From Idiomarina loihiensis L2TR (lineage in GTDB: Bacteria > Pseudomonadota > Gammaproteobacteria > Enterobacterales > Alteromonadaceae): a stretch of DNA of 32,000 nt. Under the pieces are notes generated by a model. The model was not told where the DNA came from. It saw nothing but the letters and a program-made list of their open reading frames with translations, and made no database searches. Below are positions 1 to 7,815 of this stretch, one piece after another; position 1 is the first letter of the stretch; every line of letters begins with the position of its first letter. The stretch covers positions 1,980,001 through 2,012,000 of the forward strand of contig NC_006512.1 of assembly GCF_000008465.1 (NCBI RefSeq). The letters run 5' to 3'. A program made the position numbers and the translations under genes.

Positions 1-72
1 CTGGGCTTGTTGCATGCGCTCCTGCATTTGTTGCGCCTGCTTCATCATGTTACCCATTCCACCTTTAAACAT
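1..72 (-). CDS. ybaB: Nucleoid-associated protein YbaB/EbfC, first 24 codons only (gene runs off the left edge)
   Basis: Reverse complement of 1..72 reads MFKGGMGNMMKQAQQMQERMQQAQ, the characteristic YbaB N-terminus. It lies directly downstream of dnaX, as in the conserved dnaX-ybaB-recR arrangement. It is open-ended, so it is absent from the ORF track. Confidence 0.8.
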   Translation of the reverse strand, partial: MFKGGMGNMMKQAQQMQERMQQAQ

Positions 73-103
73 AATTTTATTCCTCGTTTAAGCTTTTAAA
101 AAA

Positions 104-2149
104 TTAACGCGCCTGAATTGATGACTCATCAATTTGCGCTTGAAACCTTTGTTGTAAGTCTTGTACGCCGGCGTCTCCGTGTAATATTTCACACGCGCGC
201 TGGTGACGGTATTCATTGATATGCTGTTGCACCATTAAAGGTGTTGGCTGGCTCGGCACGCCAACTTTAAAGTCTACCCTTGCAGTCGCCCCTAATAACC
301 CGGCCAAAGACTCTCTGACGGCCTGGCTGGTCGATTCGTTCAATAAACTTTTTTGTTCTTCAGCCACCAGAATCAGCCAGTCGTCATCGCCCAGCTTTTG
401 CAGTTCGGAGTTTAACAACACCTGACGAGCCAGCCCGGAAATGTCCATGCCTGCTATCATGGCACTCCATTTATCAACTTCGGCGGCTTCGCGGATATCG
501 TCATTTAATTCTGGCAGTTCTTCGTTTAATTCGTCTTTTGATTCCGGCTGATGCTCGGGTTGAGCTTCTGGTTCGGCTTCTGCCGGAACAGTTAACGCCA
601 CCGGCGAGCTGTTTTCTGTCTGGCTGTTTAATGTTTTGTTGCTATTGTCGGGATTTTTTTTTTCAGCCAGTTGCTCTCGCACGCGTAAAAGATCGGCTAC
701 GCCAGAACTGCTCTGCGCCGCTGGCTCAGGCGTTGGCTCTGCTGTTTGATCTGCTGTTGGCTCAGGTACTGGCTCCGACTTAGCGGCCTCTTCCATATGA
801 TACGGAGGCGCATCATTATGATAGAAGCCCGCATCATCATCCGGTTCAGAGTAATTAAATTCAGGAGGCTCTTCATGCTCACTATAAGACGGTTGCATAG
901 GCTCCGATAATTCCGCTTCAGGCTGCGGCTCTGGTCCTGCCTGCGGTGTTACTTCTGCTACAGACCCGGCTTCAGTCTCAGTCACTTCCTGAGCAGGAGC
1001 CGTTAGCTTCGACTCAGGCATATCAACAGCAGACGAGTCTGGTTCAGTAATGTTGTAATCGCCCTTTTCTGCCGGGCGGAAACACAGCAGCCGCAATAAA
1101 GTCATTTCGAGTCCGCTACGTGCGTCTATAGCGTAAGCCTGCTCGCGGCGACCTTCCAGAACCGTGCGATAAAAAACCTGAATAAGTTCAGCCGGCATGC
1201 GTCGCAATAATGGTTTCAGGACATCACTGTTTTCGAACACATTAGCGGCACTGGGTACTTGCTGAACCAACGCCAGCTGATGCAATAAGCTTTGTAGCTC
1301 GACCAGCACCGAACTCAAGTCCGGTACCATGGATACCATACTGTCCACACGTTGCATTACAGCTTCTGCATCCCCTTCGAGAACAGATTCCAGTAATGCG
1401 GCAATATCGGCCACGGGCACGTTGCCGAGCATACGTCTGACACTGTCGATACTAACCGAACCGCCACCCTGGGCAATAGCCTGGTCGGTTAAGCTAAGCG
1501 CATCGCGCATACTGCCACGGGCAGAACGAGCCAACAGTGGCAGCGCTTCGGAATCAGCCTGAACCTGTTCCTGCGATAAAACATAGCTAAGCTGCTGCGT
1601 AATATCGTCGTTCGACAAGGCTTTTAAATTAAACTGCAGACAACGCGATAAAATGGTAACCGGTAGCTTCTGCGGATCGGTGGTCGCCAGCAGGAACTTT
1701 ACGTGCTCCGGTGGTTCTTCCAGTGTTTTCAGCAGAGCATTAAAACTGTGCCGTGACAGCATGTGCACTTCATCAATTAAGTACACTTTATAGCGGCCGC
1801 GGGTGGGCCGATACTGGACGTTATCAAGTAACTCGCGGGTGTCTTCAACTTTGGTTCTTGATGCTGCATCAATTTCCAGCAAGTCAACAAACCGTCCCTG
1901 CTCTATTTCAAGACAGGCACTGCATTTGCCACACGGCGTTGCCGTAATACCTTCTTCGCAATTCAGTGCTTTAGCCAGGATTCGTGCAATGGTGGTTTTA
2001 CCAACCCCGCGGGTACCGGTAAACAGATAAGCATGATGAAGCCGCTGCTTGTCTAACGCGTGCTCAAGCGGCTTCAAAACATGTTGTTGGCCGACAACTT
2101 CTGCAAACTGCGAAGGTCGCCATTTTCTTGCCAGTACCTGATAACTCAT
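104..2149 (-). CDS. dnaX: DNA polymerase III subunit tau/gamma (681 aa)
   Basis: ORF 104..2257 trimmed to the ATG at 2149 (MSYQVLARKWRP...). It has Walker A GTRGVGKTT, zinc module CGKCSACLEIEQG, DEVHML and TILSRC clamp-loader motifs. A long Pro/Glu-rich linker is followed by C-terminal tau-specific domains. Confidence 0.95.
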   Translation of the reverse strand: MSYQVLARKWRPSQFAEVVGQQHVLKPLEHALDKQRLHHAYLFTGTRGVGKTTIARILAKALNCEEGITATPCGKCSACLEIEQGRFVDLLEIDAASRTKVEDTRELLDNVQYRPTRGRYKVYLIDEVHMLSRHSFNALLKTLEEPPEHVKFLLATTDPQKLPVTILSRCLQFNLKALSNDDITQQLSYVLSQEQVQADSEALPLLARSARGSMRDALSLTDQAIAQGGGSVSIDSVRRMLGNVPVADIAALLESVLEGDAEAVMQRVDSMVSMVPDLSSVLVELQSLLHQLALVQQVPSAANVFENSDVLKPLLRRMPAELIQVFYRTVLEGRREQAYAIDARSGLEMTLLRLLCFRPAEKGDYNITEPDSSAVDMPESKLTAPAQEVTETEAGSVAEVTPQAGPEPQPEAELSEPMQPSYSEHEEPPEFNYSEPDDDAGFYHNDAPPYHMEEAAKSEPVPEPTADQTAEPTPEPAAQSSSGVADLLRVREQLAEKKNPDNSNKTLNSQTENSSPVALTVPAEAEPEAQPEHQPESKDELNEELPELNDDIREAAEVDKWSAMIAGMDISGLARQVLLNSELQKLGDDDWLILVAEEQKSLLNESTSQAVRESLAGLLGATARVDFKVGVPSQPTPLMVQQHINEYRHQRACEILHGDAGVQDLQQRFQAQIDESSIQAR
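654..663 (-). promoter_or_regulatory. A10 homopolymer (GAA AAA AAA AAT, codons 496-499 of dnaX): candidate programmed -1 frameshift / transcriptional slippage site producing the gamma subunit
   Basis: Ten consecutive T on the + strand. The protein context LLRVREQLAEKKNPD aligns with the E. coli QQLQRVQGATKAKKSE region that holds the A AAA AAG site. The -1 frame gives K S R Q then TAG (642..644). The other shifted frame gives I P T I A T K H then TAA (628..630). Confidence 0.5.
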
Positions 2150-2174
2150 AGGATGGATTATTAACTCTGTTTCA

Positions 2175-2708
2175 TTAAAACTGACATAAGGTATAGCACG
2201 CAACGCCGGCCTGCTGCAATTTATCTTCACCGCCGAGCTCAGGTAAAGAGACCACAAAAGCGGCTTCTACAACGTCTGCGCCGGAAGACTTAATCAACTG
2301 ACTTGCAGCTACCACGGTTCCGCCGGTAGCCAGTAAATCGTCGACAATTAGCACTCTGTCGTTTTCAGTCAAAGCGTTTTCATGCATTTGCAATTCATCT
2401 GAACCGTACTCTAACTCATAATTCTGACGTGTCACTTTACCGGGTAACTTCCCCGGCTTTCTTAACAAAGTAACTCCACACCCCATGGCATAGGCTAATG
2501 CGGAACCAAAAATAAAGCCACGGGCTTCAACAGCAGCAATTTGTGTTATGCCCTGCCCTGCATAGCGTTGCTTTAACGTATTAATGGTTAATCTAAACGC
2601 ATCCGGGTTTTGCAGTAAAGGCGTTATATCCCGGAAAATAATACCTGGCTTAGGATAGTCCGGAATGGAACCAATAGAGTCCCTTATATCAGTCGTGGCT
2701 GATTCCAT
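2175..2708 (-). CDS. apt: Adenine phosphoribosyltransferase
   Basis: DYPKPGIIFRDITPLL and the PRPP-binding loop VLIVDDLLATGGT. The ORF-track start at 2735 is a TTG that would overlap the upstream gene, so I use the first ATG at 2708 (MESATTD...). The alternative start cannot be excluded. Confidence 0.92.
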   Translation of the reverse strand: MESATTDIRDSIGSIPDYPKPGIIFRDITPLLQNPDAFRLTINTLKQRYAGQGITQIAAVEARGFIFGSALAYAMGCGVTLLRKPGKLPGKVTRQNYELEYGSDELQMHENALTENDRVLIVDDLLATGGTVVAASQLIKSSGADVVEAAFVVSLPELGGEDKLQQAGVACYTLCQF

Positions 2709-2724
2709 AATCTTAGTCTCATCA

Positions 2725-3102
2725 TTATGCGACAAAGCGCACCGCCCAGGATTTTAGCGTATCCAGCAGAAAATCCTCGTTCAAAGGTTTAGCCAGACAT
2801 TGAGTCGCACCGGCCTTTAATGCCTTTGGCTCTATCTCTACCAAATCCTGAGTTGACATAAACAACAATGGAGTACGGTGATAAGCGTCTAAATCGCGCA
2901 GGTTTTTCAGTAAAGACAAACCGTCCATAACCGGCATTTTGTGGTCAAGCAAAACAATATCGAAGTAGGTCTGTTTCGCTTTGCTTAAGCCATCTAAACC
3001 ATCCCGGGCTACAGTAACCTCAAAGCCAAGTGGCTTTATCACGCTACAAATAGACTCAAGCGTTTTGTCTTTATCCTCGACAACGAGCAAAGTGACTGAC
3101 AT
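2725..3102 (-). CDS. Stand-alone CheY-like response-regulator receiver protein (125 aa, no output domain)
   Basis: Receiver signature is intact: acidic pocket VVEDKD, phospho-acceptor Asp in IVLLDHKMPVMDG, S/T in LLFMSTQ, and Lys-Pro in CLAKPL. No histidine kinase gene is present in the window. Confidence 0.85.
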   Translation of the reverse strand: MSVTLLVVEDKDKTLESICSVIKPLGFEVTVARDGLDGLSKAKQTYFDIVLLDHKMPVMDGLSLLKNLRDLDAYHRTPLLFMSTQDLVEIEPKALKAGATQCLAKPLNEDFLLDTLKSWAVRFVA

Positions 3103-3137
3103 AAATGTCGTTTACCTGATAGTTAATGAGGATGTAT

Positions 3138-3260
3138 TTAAGAAGAAAGAATTTGTGTTAAACGCAGAACCAGCGGTAAACAGGCCCAGAATAAAAACAA
3201 CACTGCCGTAATAAGCAAAAATCGTTTGCCTGCCGGTTCTTTAAAGGTTTCTGATGACAT
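3138..3260 (-). CDS. Hypothetical 40-aa single-pass membrane micro-protein (MSSETFKEPAGKRFLLITAVLFLFWACLPLVLRLTQILSS)
   Basis: Hand-translated and below the ORF-track size cut-off. ATG at 3260 is preceded by AAGAGG (3269..3274) at an 8-nt spacing, and the stop is TAA at 3138..3140. A charged N-terminus is followed by a hydrophobic stretch of about 20 residues. It fills the only gap between the DUF2063 gene and the receiver gene. Confidence 0.35.
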   Translation of the reverse strand: MSSETFKEPAGKRFLLITAVLFLFWACLPLVLRLTQILSS

Positions 3261-3326
3261 AACTTTTACCTCTTGATGAAATCGGGGCTGATCATACTCG
3301 ATCCTCGACAACGATAAAAGTTGAAT

Positions 3327-4082
3327 TCAATTCTTTACCTTCAATATCAAGTGCTGCCCGGCTAGTCTGTTTAAAGTCTGTTCGGCCCCTTGCTGTAGCT
3401 GATCTTTGGGCCATTGAGGGAGTAATTCAGGCAAAAGCTCGAGTAAGCTATTCAGTTGAATACTCTCTCTATTTTGTAGCTCTGTTAACAGTAAAAAAGT
3501 CATCGCATTAGTGCGAATAAAGCGAACCTTATCGCCGTTGTCGCGAAACACGATCAAAAAACGCGGTTCTGCCAAGGGTTCCTGAGGCTGAAACTCAGTG
3601 CTTATTTCATCAACCGGGTACTGATATGACGACACCATAGCTGTCGGGTTAAGTGCAATCAGAGTGTCACTCTCAAGCGCCTCTGCCGGATTAATATAAT
3701 TTTCAGGCCACGGCTTTTGCTCTACCGCCAGTTCTGCCCATTCATAGTGAGCCAGTTCAGCTGCAAAGATAAACAACTCGTCATGAGATTGCAGGTACTC
3801 AACAAAGCTTGCCGCAATACCAGTAAAATATGGTGACTGAGAAGAAAAGGTACGAAAAAACCGCTCTTTGGTTTCTGCCCATTCTTTTTCCGCTGCCAGC
3901 TTTTTGAGTACAGGGAATGCACTATCAATAAAACGAAAGATATTATTCCGCAGTAATCGCTGATAAACAGCCAGCCGCCGCGCTTCTATCTCATCCAGCC
4001 AAGCTTCGTCTACGAATTTTTCCGGCGCTTTTAACTGTTCCACAAAGCGATTTTGAATTTCTTTAAAAGTCATTTTACTCAT
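3327..4082 (-). CDS. DUF2063-family protein (HvfC/BufC/MbnC-like partner of MNIO enzymes)
   Basis: 251 aa, and its start overlaps the DUF692 stop by 8 nt (translational coupling). The N-terminal ...RRLAVYQRLLRNNIFRFIDSAFPVL... region is typical of DUF2063 proteins that accompany DUF692 enzymes. Confidence 0.75.
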   Translation of the reverse strand: MSKMTFKEIQNRFVEQLKAPEKFVDEAWLDEIEARRLAVYQRLLRNNIFRFIDSAFPVLKKLAAEKEWAETKERFFRTFSSQSPYFTGIAASFVEYLQSHDELFIFAAELAHYEWAELAVEQKPWPENYINPAEALESDTLIALNPTAMVSSYQYPVDEISTEFQPQEPLAEPRFLIVFRDNGDKVRFIRTNAMTFLLLTELQNRESIQLNSLLELLPELLPQWPKDQLQQGAEQTLNRLAGQHLILKVKN

Positions 4083-4884
4083 GGCGAGCCTGTATCGCTT
4101 TTATCCTGTTCAACTCCTGGTTTAACTCTTCCAGCGAAGGGAAGTTGAAATCTCTTTCCAACAAAGTAGGGTAAACGCCGTGCCGCCCATAAGCATAATC
4201 CAGAAGCTGGAAAACTTCGTCTTTTACGCTGGCACCATGAGTATCAATATAAAGATCTTCGTATTCTTCGTGATGTCCGGCTATGTGTCCGTAGACAATT
4301 CGCTCAGAAGGCAGGCCATCGATGAATTCATAAGGGTCATAGCTGTGGTTTACACTGTTCACAAAAACGTTATTTACATCGAGTAAAAGTTTGCAATCAC
4401 CTGCCTCAAGAACCTGATTAATGAATTCTAATTCGGTAAGTTCCGGAGAGGGACTCGCGTAATAAGAGACGTTTTCCAATATTAAAGCTTGCCCTAACCT
4501 ATCCTGAGCTTGCTTAATTCGTTCGGCAACATAGGCAACGGCATCGACTGTAAAAGGAATAGGCAGTAAATCGTATAACTGGCCGTTATGAGAGCAATAG
4601 CTTAAATGCTCACTGTAAATTTCAATATCAAAGTCATTCAAAAAGCGCTTCACATCTTTCAGAAAGCTTTGGCTCAACGAGTCCTGGCTGCCAATAGAAA
4701 GCGATAAGCCATGGCAGGTCAGTTGATATTTTCCGGCTATTTGGGCGAGTTTTTCCAGACGGGAACCTTTAAAAGGTATCCAGTTCTCAGGGGCTATCTC
4801 AAGAAAATCCGCATCAATATCTCCAGCTAAAGCAGCGTCAAGCAACTCGTTTCTTAAGCCAAGACCGACCGAATTAGACCTCAT
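4075..4884 (-). CDS. DUF692 / multinuclear non-heme iron oxidase (MNIO; MbnB/HvfB/BufB/TglH family), 269 aa
   Basis: TIM-barrel DUF692 motifs are present: GLGLR, CHGLSLSIG, YSEHLSY, LILENVSYY, LLDVNNVFVN, GHIAGHH, PTLLERD. These are the positions of the metal ligands in characterised family members. The ORF-track start (4905) is a TTG; the ATG at 4884 (MRSNSVGLG) has a GGGGAGAG Shine-Dalgarno. Confidence 0.85.
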   Translation of the reverse strand: MRSNSVGLGLRNELLDAALAGDIDADFLEIAPENWIPFKGSRLEKLAQIAGKYQLTCHGLSLSIGSQDSLSQSFLKDVKRFLNDFDIEIYSEHLSYCSHNGQLYDLLPIPFTVDAVAYVAERIKQAQDRLGQALILENVSYYASPSPELTELEFINQVLEAGDCKLLLDVNNVFVNSVNHSYDPYEFIDGLPSERIVYGHIAGHHEEYEDLYIDTHGASVKDEVFQLLDYAYGRHGVYPTLLERDFNFPSLEELNQELNRIKAIQARHE

Positions 4885-4900
4885 GTTTCTCTCCCCAGAA

Positions 4901-4930
4901 AACAAAAACCCGACACTGTGGCCGGGTTTT
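4901..4930 (-). terminator. Weak intrinsic terminator/attenuator hairpin after the TonB2 operon
   Basis: Minus strand reads AAAA CCCGGC CACAGT GTCGGG TTTTTGTTTT. That is a 6-bp stem including one G.U pair, a 6-nt loop and a U-rich tail that runs straight into the DUF692 Shine-Dalgarno. Confidence 0.5.
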
Positions 4931-4958
4931 ACTATGCAGTTATAAAAACGAAAAGTGG

Positions 4959-6257
4959 TTAATCGAGATCGATACCTTTTCGTTTAGCTGTAGACTTAAT
5001 ATAACCCTTCCAGCTACGAGCACTGCGACGTTGACCATCGAAGGTTGCAGCTTCATCAACATAACGCATAGCCTGGCGATAGTCACCACCATAGAAATAC
5101 GCTTCCGCTAATGACATGTACACACGACCTTCTTCATTACGCTCCAAATAATCCAGAGCCTTTTTTAGGGGAGTTGCTGCCGCAATATACTGTTCATTTA
5201 ACAGCATCAAGTTACCTTGCTTGCGGTAGTACTCACCTTTGTCATCACGTTCTTCAGCTGACTCAGCTGCGCGTTCATACCAGGAAACGGCTTTCTCAAG
5301 TTCTTTAGCACGATGGTAGCTGTTAGCGATGGTCGCAAAGTTTTTCGCTGTCTTTTCGATATCACCCGCTTCTACATGCTTCTCCATAGTAGAGGCCGCT
5401 TTGTACGGAATACCTTCGTTATCATACAACTGAACCAGCATTTTATACTGACTCTCCGTATCCAGGTATCCTGCCAAATACGCGATTTCCATAGTTTGAA
5501 GAGACTTATCTAAGTTTTCTTCTAACATATAAAATTGCGCTAACTGAGGCCACCAGCCAGTTTGCTCCGGCAACTTATTCAAACCTTCTTCAAGAACCTC
5601 TATCGCCTGAGGATACATCTTACGCTCATAGTAAGACGCCATCATCAGGTTGTAGATATTCTTGTCAGGTTTCTCTGACTCTTGTAAAGCCACTCGGGCA
5701 AAAGGAATGATCTGAGCAAAGTTCTTCATCTGGTAATGCGCATTAGCCATATACAAGAACACCTGAGCATCACGTTCGCCTGTAAACTGAACCCATTTTC
5801 TAAGGTATTCAAGACTTTGCTCGTACTTCTCTTCTTGCAGGCTAATTTGACCTACCAGTTTCATAGCCGCGGCCTGATCATTCCAGCCTAGAACGTCTTG
5901 GTCGACTGCACTTTTCAGAACGCTCAAAGCATCACCCATGCGCTCGTCTGCTGCATAAAGGTTACCAAGGAAGCGGGCTAAGTATGCCGAGTCGTAACCC
6001 GGATCCGGCTCTTGCTCTTCGAGAACCGCTATTGCTTCTTTGATTTTATCTTCTTCATACAGTTCAAACGCATCCATGATTGCCCGGCCAATACTCTGCG
6101 AAGCAGCTTTATTGTCGCGAGCTTTCTTCTGCGCCTCAACGGTCTCTTTATCCGGAATGCTGAAACCAAGGTCCTGAGCCGAAGCCTGGGCCGTTGTCAT
6201 CAACATTACCGAAGCAAAAGCCAGGGCACTAACAAATGTTTTTATTGTATATTTCAT
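4959..6257 (-). CDS. Secreted tetratricopeptide-repeat protein, last gene of the TonB2 cluster (TtpD-like)
   Basis: Signal peptide MKYTIKTFVSALAFASVMLMTTAQASA. Repeated TPR-like A..Y....G/A..A helices run throughout. Its position immediately after tonB matches the Vibrio TonB2 cluster. Confidence 0.75.
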   Translation of the reverse strand: MKYTIKTFVSALAFASVMLMTTAQASAQDLGFSIPDKETVEAQKKARDNKAASQSIGRAIMDAFELYEEDKIKEAIAVLEEQEPDPGYDSAYLARFLGNLYAADERMGDALSVLKSAVDQDVLGWNDQAAAMKLVGQISLQEEKYEQSLEYLRKWVQFTGERDAQVFLYMANAHYQMKNFAQIIPFARVALQESEKPDKNIYNLMMASYYERKMYPQAIEVLEEGLNKLPEQTGWWPQLAQFYMLEENLDKSLQTMEIAYLAGYLDTESQYKMLVQLYDNEGIPYKAASTMEKHVEAGDIEKTAKNFATIANSYHRAKELEKAVSWYERAAESAEERDDKGEYYRKQGNLMLLNEQYIAAATPLKKALDYLERNEEGRVYMSLAEAYFYGGDYRQAMRYVDEAATFDGQRRSARSWKGYIKSTAKRKGIDLD

Positions 6258-6260
6258 TTC

Positions 6261-6872
6261 TTAGTTCCCATCCATTGTGAAGTCGAGCTGAACAGTCATA
6301 CCTTCCTGACGAATAGGCTTACCGTCTACAACCTTAGGCTTATACTTCCAACGCAACAATGCGCGGCGTGCCTCACGGTCAAACACTCGACGAGGTTCAG
6401 AATCGATGACTTCAACGTCAGTTACACCACCTTGCTGGTCGATAGTGAAGCGCAGCTGTACCCAACCTTCGGTGCCGTTTCTTGCAGCTGAAGGCGGATA
6501 ACGCGGTTCGATACGAACAATAGGTGTTGCGTCTCCGTCAGAACTTAATCCACCACCAGGTCCTGAAAGACCTGTATCAGCACCACCAACATCAACATCA
6601 AAACCCATGTTCATGTTCATGCCACTGTCTGATGTATCAGGCTCAGACTGTGGTGTTTCTGGTGGCTGCTCCGGCGGCGGCGGTGGCGGCGGCGGTGTAC
6701 GCCGACGCTCCTGAACGTCAGACTCAGGTGGCGACGTTACGATGTCAATAACGGGCGTTGGAGCCGGCGCTTCGTTGCGCTGTGCTCCTCCGCCGATTAA
6801 GTAAGCCATGAAAGCAAACAGAGCAAACGTAACGGCGGCACCTAGTAGTAAAGATACTAAAAAGCGCACCAT
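6261..6872 (-). CDS. tonB: Energy transducer TonB (TonB2-type)
   Basis: N-terminal membrane anchor, proline-rich spacer RRRTPPPPPPPPEQPPETP, and C-terminal TonB domain (IEPRYPPSAARNGTEGWVQLRFTIDQQGGV...LLRWKYKPKVVDGKP). Confidence 0.9.
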   Translation of the reverse strand: MVRFLVSLLLGAAVTFALFAFMAYLIGGGAQRNEAPAPTPVIDIVTSPPESDVQERRRTPPPPPPPPEQPPETPQSEPDTSDSGMNMNMGFDVDVGGADTGLSGPGGGLSSDGDATPIVRIEPRYPPSAARNGTEGWVQLRFTIDQQGGVTDVEVIDSEPRRVFDREARRALLRWKYKPKVVDGKPIRQEGMTVQLDFTMDGN

Positions 6873-6873
6873 A

Positions 6874-7275
6874 TTAGTTATTCTCCGCAGCTATGGATAT
6901 CTTATCGATACCCGCTTCCTTAACCTGATCCATGACTTCTACAACGACACCATGTTCAGCTTTCTTGTCGGCCTGGATAACAACAACATCAGTTGGTTGT
7001 TCGGCAAGCATACGTTCAATGTTAGCGCCTACACGCTCAACATCCACTTGACGTTTATCCATCCAGACTTCACCAGTATCACGAATAGCGATAAAGATGT
7101 TAGCTGAAGGCTCCTTTGTCGTATTACTGGCTTCAGGCTTATTAACCTGAATACCCGCTTCTTTGACGAATGAGGTCGTTACGATAAAGAAGATCAACAT
7201 AATGAAGACGATGTCAAGCATCGGCGTCATGTCGATCGACGCATCTTCCTCTTCTCGATTACGATTACGTGCCAT
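6874..7275 (-). CDS. exbD: Biopolymer transport protein ExbD/TolR
   Basis: 133 aa with DMTPMLDIVFIMLIFFIV (conserved Asp in the TM helix) and a periplasmic ExbD fold. It is tightly packed between exbB and tonB. Confidence 0.9.
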   Translation of the reverse strand: MARNRNREEEDASIDMTPMLDIVFIMLIFFIVTTSFVKEAGIQVNKPEASNTTKEPSANIFIAIRDTGEVWMDKRQVDVERVGANIERMLAEQPTDVVVIQADKKAEHGVVVEVMDQVKEAGIDKISIAAENN

Positions 7276-7287
7276 AGTTTTACTCTC

Positions 7288-7812
7288 TTAGTGATGTGGC
7301 AAACTGTCAACAAGGCCTTCTTTCGCTCTACGCACTTTACTTTCCAGGCGTGTCGCGAAAAACATACCGGATAACGCAGCAACCATTCCCGCCATAGTCG
7401 GGATTGTTGCCATCGAAATACCCGATGCCATTAGACGAGGGTTACCCGTCCCTTGTACTGCCATGATTTCAAACACCGCAATCATACCTGTTACGGTACC
7501 CAGCAGCCCAACTAGTGGACATAAGGCAACACAAGTTTTTATCAACAGAATACGTGCATTCAGTTTATCGTTCGCTTCGGAAATCCATGCTTCACGGATT
7601 CTATGGGCGTACCATGAGGTGGTGTCCTTACGGGCATCCCATTTCGCTATAATGTCATTGCGAAGTTTAGGGAAAGCACCTGTAAGGTACCAATAACGCT
7701 CAATCATCAGTACCCACATTAGAAAGAGCACCCCCATGACGATGTACAGGACATCGCCACCGGTAGCCAGAAAATCCCTGATAGATTCCCAAAGTTCCAT
7801 CAGGTAAAGCAT
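7288..7812 (-). CDS. exbB: MotA/TolQ/ExbB proton-channel protein
   Basis: 174 aa with three TM segments. The C-terminal half (GLLGTVTGMIAVF...SMATIPTMAGMVAAL) matches the ExbB/TolQ channel signature. Confidence 0.9.
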   Translation of the reverse strand: MLYLMELWESIRDFLATGGDVLYIVMGVLFLMWVLMIERYWYLTGAFPKLRNDIIAKWDARKDTTSWYAHRIREAWISEANDKLNARILLIKTCVALCPLVGLLGTVTGMIAVFEIMAVQGTGNPRLMASGISMATIPTMAGMVAALSGMFFATRLESKVRRAKEGLVDSLPHH

Positions 7813-7815
7813 GGG

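Noticed and set aside
682-967. Low-complexity Pro/Glu/Ala-rich segment that looks repeat-like at DNA level
   Set aside because: It is an acidic flexible linker within DnaX tau, between the clamp-loader core and the tau-specific domains. I could find no exact tandem repeat unit.
2150-2257. 36-codon N-terminal extension of the dnaX ORF in the track, overlapping the 3' end of apt
   Set aside because: The conserved DnaX N-terminus (MSYQVLARKWRP) begins at the ATG at 2149. The extension has no homology-like features and would overlap apt by 83 nt.
6660-6700. GGC/GGT triplet repeat tract
   Set aside because: It is the coding sequence of the TonB poly-proline spacer (PPPPPPPP) read on the opposite strand. 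It is in frame and is an expected feature of TonB, not a regulatory microsatellite.
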